Of a stretch of DNA of 32,000 nucleotides, positions 28,775-32,000 are shown in pieces. Source of the stretch: Zymomonas mobilis subsp. mobilis ATCC 10988 (GTDB lineage Bacteria; Pseudomonadota; Alphaproteobacteria; Sphingomonadales; Sphingomonadaceae); NCBI RefSeq assembly GCF_000175255.2, contig NC_017262.1, positions 660,001 to 692,000 on the forward strand, written 5' to 3'. The position numbers and the translations under genes were made by a program. The notes under the pieces were generated by a model that was not told the DNA's origin, searched no databases, and saw only the letters and a program-made list of their open reading frames with translations. Every line of letters starts with the position of its first letter. Within the stretch, counting starts at the first letter, position 1.

Positions 28775-28849
28775 TGGTGGACGCGGCAAGGATTGAACTT
28801 GCGACCCCTGCGATGTCAACACAGTGCTCTACCACTGAGCTACGCGTCC
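28775..28849 (-). tRNA. tRNA-Val(GAC), CCA encoded
   Basis: Minus strand GGACGCG TA GCTC AGTGGTA GAGC A CTGTG TTGACAT CGCAG GGGTC GCAAG TTCAATC CTTGC CGCGTCC A CCA; anticodon GAC. Confidence 0.96.
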
Positions 28850-28965
28850 TCCGTGGAAGCGGCTTCTATGGGTAAAACGTTTCTCATGCAAGCCTTTTTT
28901 TATATTTTTTTGAAAAAAGATATAAATTTTACGTCCTATGAGAAAATACTCCTTATAATTAGGGG

Positions 28966-29149
28966 ATTTTTTTGATCTTCTTAAAAAATCAAAAACCTTG
29001 TTTCCATTAATCTCCATCATAAAAAAATCTTGGAATTTTTTTCCTCTCTATTTCTACAGAGAATCATCCCCGTTGATTCCTCTGGGAAAAGACCGCTTAG
29101 AGCAAAGCGATCTTTTCCTTAAAATAATTCTCTCAAGAGAATTATTTTT
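28966..29149 (+). ncRNA. Candidate small RNA or long structured leader with three tandem hairpins
   Basis: TATAAT at 28954-28959; hairpins at 29057-29084, 29085-29118 and 29121-29148, the last an intrinsic terminator-like perfect 12-bp stem ending in T5; no ORF on this strand upstream. 5' end is a guess from the -10 box. Confidence 0.4.
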
Positions 29150-29277
29150 GGCGTTACCAGCAATATAAAAATGCAATCGCCAATTAATTACAAATAGCAA
29201 ATATCATTATTGTAATATTTAAAGAAAATTACTTGAAATTAGATCAATCAAAATAAATATATAGCACAAGGAGGAGA

Positions 29278-30003
29278 GTGAAGAAGGAAATATTGATGCG
29301 TATTCTTGCCAAATCTATAGCATTAGCTATTCTAACAACCACCCCGATCTTGGCGGCAACTACAACAACATCACCTTTGCATTCTGTCCATACGAAATGG
29401 GAAGAGCATAAGGCTGACCGCGCTTTGGATCATCTTTCCCAGTCCGGACAATATGCAATGGTCGATATTCTGCAGGCCAAGCATATTTTAGATTCTGGAG
29501 AAAGTGCATCAGCCTTACCTTTGCTACTTCGCGCATCAAAACGCCTTGTCGCTGCTGGCAATGATCGTCAAAAATTCATCGCAGCAGAAAGTGACTTGCA
29601 TCCCGTTCCTCAACATCCGGCTTCATCTTCTCACACACCTATAATTGAAAAAACGGCATGGATTCCTGTCGGCGGTGAATTTATTGTTGGAGAAGAACTG
29701 GCTCCAGAAAAGAAAACCGCTATTGCGACAGCCAATAGCCAACTCAAATCAGGCCAACGACAAGAAGTTGTGGAAACCATGAAGGTTGTCGGAGAAGATA
29801 CTGATTTTATTGTGGCTCTTGCCCCCTTGGCTCAAACACAAAAGGCTATAAATCAAGCTATTGCTCTAGCTAAAAGCAATAAATCTCAAGAGGCGTCACA
29901 GGTTATCGATCATGTGATGGATAGCCTTGTTTTTATATCGGATAACGATGTTGAAACCATTATTCCAACAAGCAAGCATGCCTCAACTCCCCATAAGAAA
30001 TAA
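29278..30003 (+). CDS. Secreted YfdX-like family protein
   Basis: Signal peptide ILAKSIALAILTTTPILAA; helical low-complexity domain with YfdX-like features: ALPLLLRASKRLVAAG, WIPVGGEFIVGEELAPEKKTAIATANSQLKSGQ, AQTQKAINQAIALAKSNKSQEASQVI. GTG start at 29278 after AAGGAGG, or ATG 29296. Confidence 0.6.
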   Translation: MKKEILMRILAKSIALAILTTTPILAATTTTSPLHSVHTKWEEHKADRALDHLSQSGQYAMVDILQAKHILDSGESASALPLLLRASKRLVAAGNDRQKFIAAESDLHPVPQHPASSSHTPIIEKTAWIPVGGEFIVGEELAPEKKTAIATANSQLKSGQRQEVVETMKVVGEDTDFIVALAPLAQTQKAINQAIALAKSNKSQEASQVIDHVMDSLVFISDNDVETIIPTSKHASTPHKK

Positions 30004-30018
30004 TTCCTATGCAAAGCA

Positions 30019-30055
30019 TTTCTATCGAGTAAGCCTTATGCTTACTCGATAGAAA
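30019..30055. terminator. Perfect 15-bp hairpin 3' of the YfdX-like gene
   Basis: TTTCTATCGAGTAAG-CCTTATG-CTTACTCGATAGAAA, 13 nt past the stop codon; no T tract on the + side. Confidence 0.65.
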
Positions 30056-30273
30056 ACGCAGATAGTAATTGCGGTTACTGCTCTCGATTTCCAGCATCAC
30101 CTCATTATTCATTATTTCCACATTCAAAAAATAAAAAATAAAAATGATGGAAAGGGATAGCTCTTCAGGCGTTCATAAAAACAACGATCAAAATAACGGG
30201 GAATAAAACTCTTTTGAATAAAGAGCCTCGTTTTATTCAAAGCATATCGTTTTGAAGATAAGGAGTATACCGA

Positions 30274-30699
30274 ATGTCTGTTGATGCTAAATACCATGCA
30301 ACTGCCATAGCAACCGGTGGCCGTGATGGCCGTTCGCGTACGACGGACGGTTCCTTAGATATCAAAATGACGGTACCAAAAGAGCTGGGCGGTCCAGGCG
30401 GTGAAGGTAATAATCCGGAACAACTTTTTGCAGCGGGTTATTCGGCCTGTTTCCTTGGTGCAATGAAGGCGGTCGCGCCAAAACTCAATCTAACGGTGCC
30501 GAAGGATGCAACCGTTGAGGCTACGATTGGGATTGGCCCCCGTTCCGAAGGTGGCTTCGGGATCACTGCGGATCTCTCTATTCATCTGCCAGGTTTTTCT
30601 AAAGAAGATGCAAAAAAACTGGTGGAAACGGCTCATCAAGTCTGCCCTTATTCCAATGCGACCAGAAATAATGTCAATGTTGGCTTAAAAATCGTCTAA
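30274..30699 (+). CDS. ohr: Ohr/OsmC family organic hydroperoxide resistance protein
   Basis: YHATAIATGGRDGRSRTTDGSLDIKMTVPKELGGPGGEGNNPEQLFAAGYSACFLGAM and HQVCPYSNATRNNVNV (both catalytic Cys present). Confidence 0.93.
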   Translation: MSVDAKYHATAIATGGRDGRSRTTDGSLDIKMTVPKELGGPGGEGNNPEQLFAAGYSACFLGAMKAVAPKLNLTVPKDATVEATIGIGPRSEGGFGITADLSIHLPGFSKEDAKKLVETAHQVCPYSNATRNNVNVGLKIV

Positions 30700-30736
30700 C
30701 AAGATTGATTTTTCTTCATTTTTTCTAGATTTATCC

Positions 30737-30802
30737 GGCTTTCGGTGCCTATTCTTCACGATGTGGGGTGGCGCCGAAAGCCTTCTTACGTTACAAGAAG
30801 GC
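30737..30802 (+). promoter_or_regulatory. Structured gyrA leader: two overlapping inverted repeats
   Basis: Stem A 30737-30749/30770-30782 (GGCTTTCGGTGCC / GGCGCCGAAAGCC, 13 bp with one G.U); stem B 30780-30787/30795-30802 (GCCTTCTT / AAGAAGGC, 8 bp). Confidence 0.5.
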
Positions 30803-30854
30803 AAGCGTTTCCCAGACGCCTATTTATGTCCACTTAATCGGAAGATATGATCCC

Positions 30855-32000
30855 TTGGCCAGCGTATTGCCGTCCACAGACACCAACGATATTTCACCTG
30901 TTTCTATCATTGATGAAATGAAGTCGAGTTATCTCGACTATGCCATGTCTGTCATTGTATCCCGTGCCTTGCCTGATGTGCGTGATGGGCTAAAACCTGT
31001 CCATAGACGCATTTTATTTGCGTCACAGGAAGGTGGTTTTGTTCCAGGGCATCCCTATCGCAAATCGGCAAAAATCGTCGGTGAAGTGATGGGTAATTTC
31101 CATCCCCATGGTGACTCTGCCATCTACATGGCCTTGGCTCGTCTTACACAAGACTGGTCAATGCGGGTGCCTCTGATAGACGGTCAAGGCAATTTCGGTT
31201 CCATGGACCCAGATGGCCCGGCGGCCATGCGTTATACCGAAGCCCGCCTATCTCCGGCAGCGATGATGCTTCTCGCTGATATTGATCGGGACACGGTTGA
31301 TTTTTCGCCTAACTATGACGGCTCCAGACAAGAACCTCAGGTTTTACCAGCCCGTTTTCCCAATCTTCTGGTAAACGGCGCGGGTGGTATTGCTGTTGGT
31401 ATGGCCACCAATATTCCACCTCATAATCTCGGCGAAGTTCTAGCAGCCTGCCGTGCCTATATTGCTGATCCGGCGATTTCTATCGAAGATCTTATTCGCC
31501 TTGTCCCTGGCCCTGACTTCCCGACAGGCGGTGTTATGCTCGGTCAAGGTGGTGCAAGGTCGGCTTACCAAAATGGCCGAGGTTCGATTATCATTCGTTC
31601 TCGATATAATATCGAAGAGAAACATGGTGACCGTCGTTCGATCGTTTTAACTGAGATTCCTTATCAAATCGGTAAAAGCGCCCTTGTTGAAAAAATTGCC
31701 GAGGCAGCGAAAGACAAGCGGGTCGAAGGTATCAGCGATATTCGTGATGAATCCAATCGCGAAGGGGTTCGGGTTGTCATTGACCTGAAGCGCGATGCAA
31801 CGCCTGATGTTGTTCTGAACCAGTTATGGCGTCACACACCTGCACAAAGTAGTTTCCCAGCGAACATGCTGGCGTTGAATGGTGGGCGGCCAGAAACGAT
31901 GTCGTTAAAAGACATTATCGCTGCCTTTGTTCAGTTCCGCGAAGAAGTTATCACCCGTCGTTCCAAATATGATCTTTTCAAAGCACGGGAACGGGCGCAT
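30855..32000 (+). CDS. gyrA: DNA gyrase subunit A, 5' part
   Basis: Manual translation: LASVLPSTDTNDISPVSIIDEMKSSYLDYAMSVIVSRALPDVRDGLKPVHRRILFASQEGG...HPHGDSAIYMALARLTQDW...GQGNFGSMDPDGPAAMRYTEARL; runs off the window. Start TTG 30855 (or TTG 30867) is inferred; not in ORF track. Confidence 0.95.
   Translation, partial: MASVLPSTDTNDISPVSIIDEMKSSYLDYAMSVIVSRALPDVRDGLKPVHRRILFASQEGGFVPGHPYRKSAKIVGEVMGNFHPHGDSAIYMALARLTQDWSMRVPLIDGQGNFGSMDPDGPAAMRYTEARLSPAAMMLLADIDRDTVDFSPNYDGSRQEPQVLPARFPNLLVNGAGGIAVGMATNIPPHNLGEVLAACRAYIADPAISIEDLIRLVPGPDFPTGGVMLGQGGARSAYQNGRGSIIIRSRYNIEEKHGDRRSIVLTEIPYQIGKSALVEKIAEAAKDKRVEGISDIRDESNREGVRVVIDLKRDATPDVVLNQLWRHTPAQSSFPANMLALNGGRPETMSLKDIIAAFVQFREEVITRRSKYDLFKARERAH

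Noticed and set aside
24687-28849. tRNA-flanked integrative element with att duplication
   Set aside because: I could not find a second copy of the tRNA-Arg 3' end (or tRNA-Val 3' end) inside the interval and there is no integrase; an island remains unproven.
31440-31650. Overlapping short ORFs 31440..31625 (-) and 31453..31650 (+)
   Set aside because: Both fall within the well-conserved gyrA frame and are out-of-frame shadows.
1-32000. CRISPR arrays, IS elements, toxin-antitoxin or multigene defence operons
   Set aside because: No regularly spaced repeats, transposase, terminal repeats or known TA/cas/RM protein motifs were found when reading the sequence and ORF translations.

Overview
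The gene content and sequence style fit a Zymomonas mobilis-like alphaproteobacterium (sphingomonad relative); this is inference, no database was searched. Most of the window is ordinary chromosome. Minus strand: an M13 metallopeptidase (partial), smpB and dapA. Then slt and greB (+), a PPK2-family kinase (-), aspS (-), rnd (+), ppx and ppk1 (-), an HdaA-like protein and a secreted protein (-). Next is a purM-purN-dapB-nth run (+), recX (-), a fatty-acyl-AMP ligase-like protein (+), an S9 peptidase (+), a small orphan ORF (-), an XRE-like regulator (+) and a SugE/Gdx-type SMR exporter (+). The last part holds tRNA-Arg(CCT) (+), a very large Upf1-like SF1 helicase (+), tRNA-Val(GAC) (-), a YfdX-like secreted protein (+), an Ohr/OsmC protein (+) and the 5' part of gyrA (+). 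The observations most worth following are: (1) three back-to-back hairpins at 29057-29149 with no gene upstream on that strand, preceded by a perfect TATAAT, so a candidate ncRNA or long leader; (2) two partly mutually exclusive hairpins in the gyrA leader; (3) Met at the GyrA residue equivalent to E. coli D87; (4) a lone ~1190-aa helicase between two tRNA genes; (5) an orphan fatty-acyl-AMP ligase; (6) a PPK2 protein with a non-canonical Walker A. I found no CRISPR array, transposon or clear multigene defence system.
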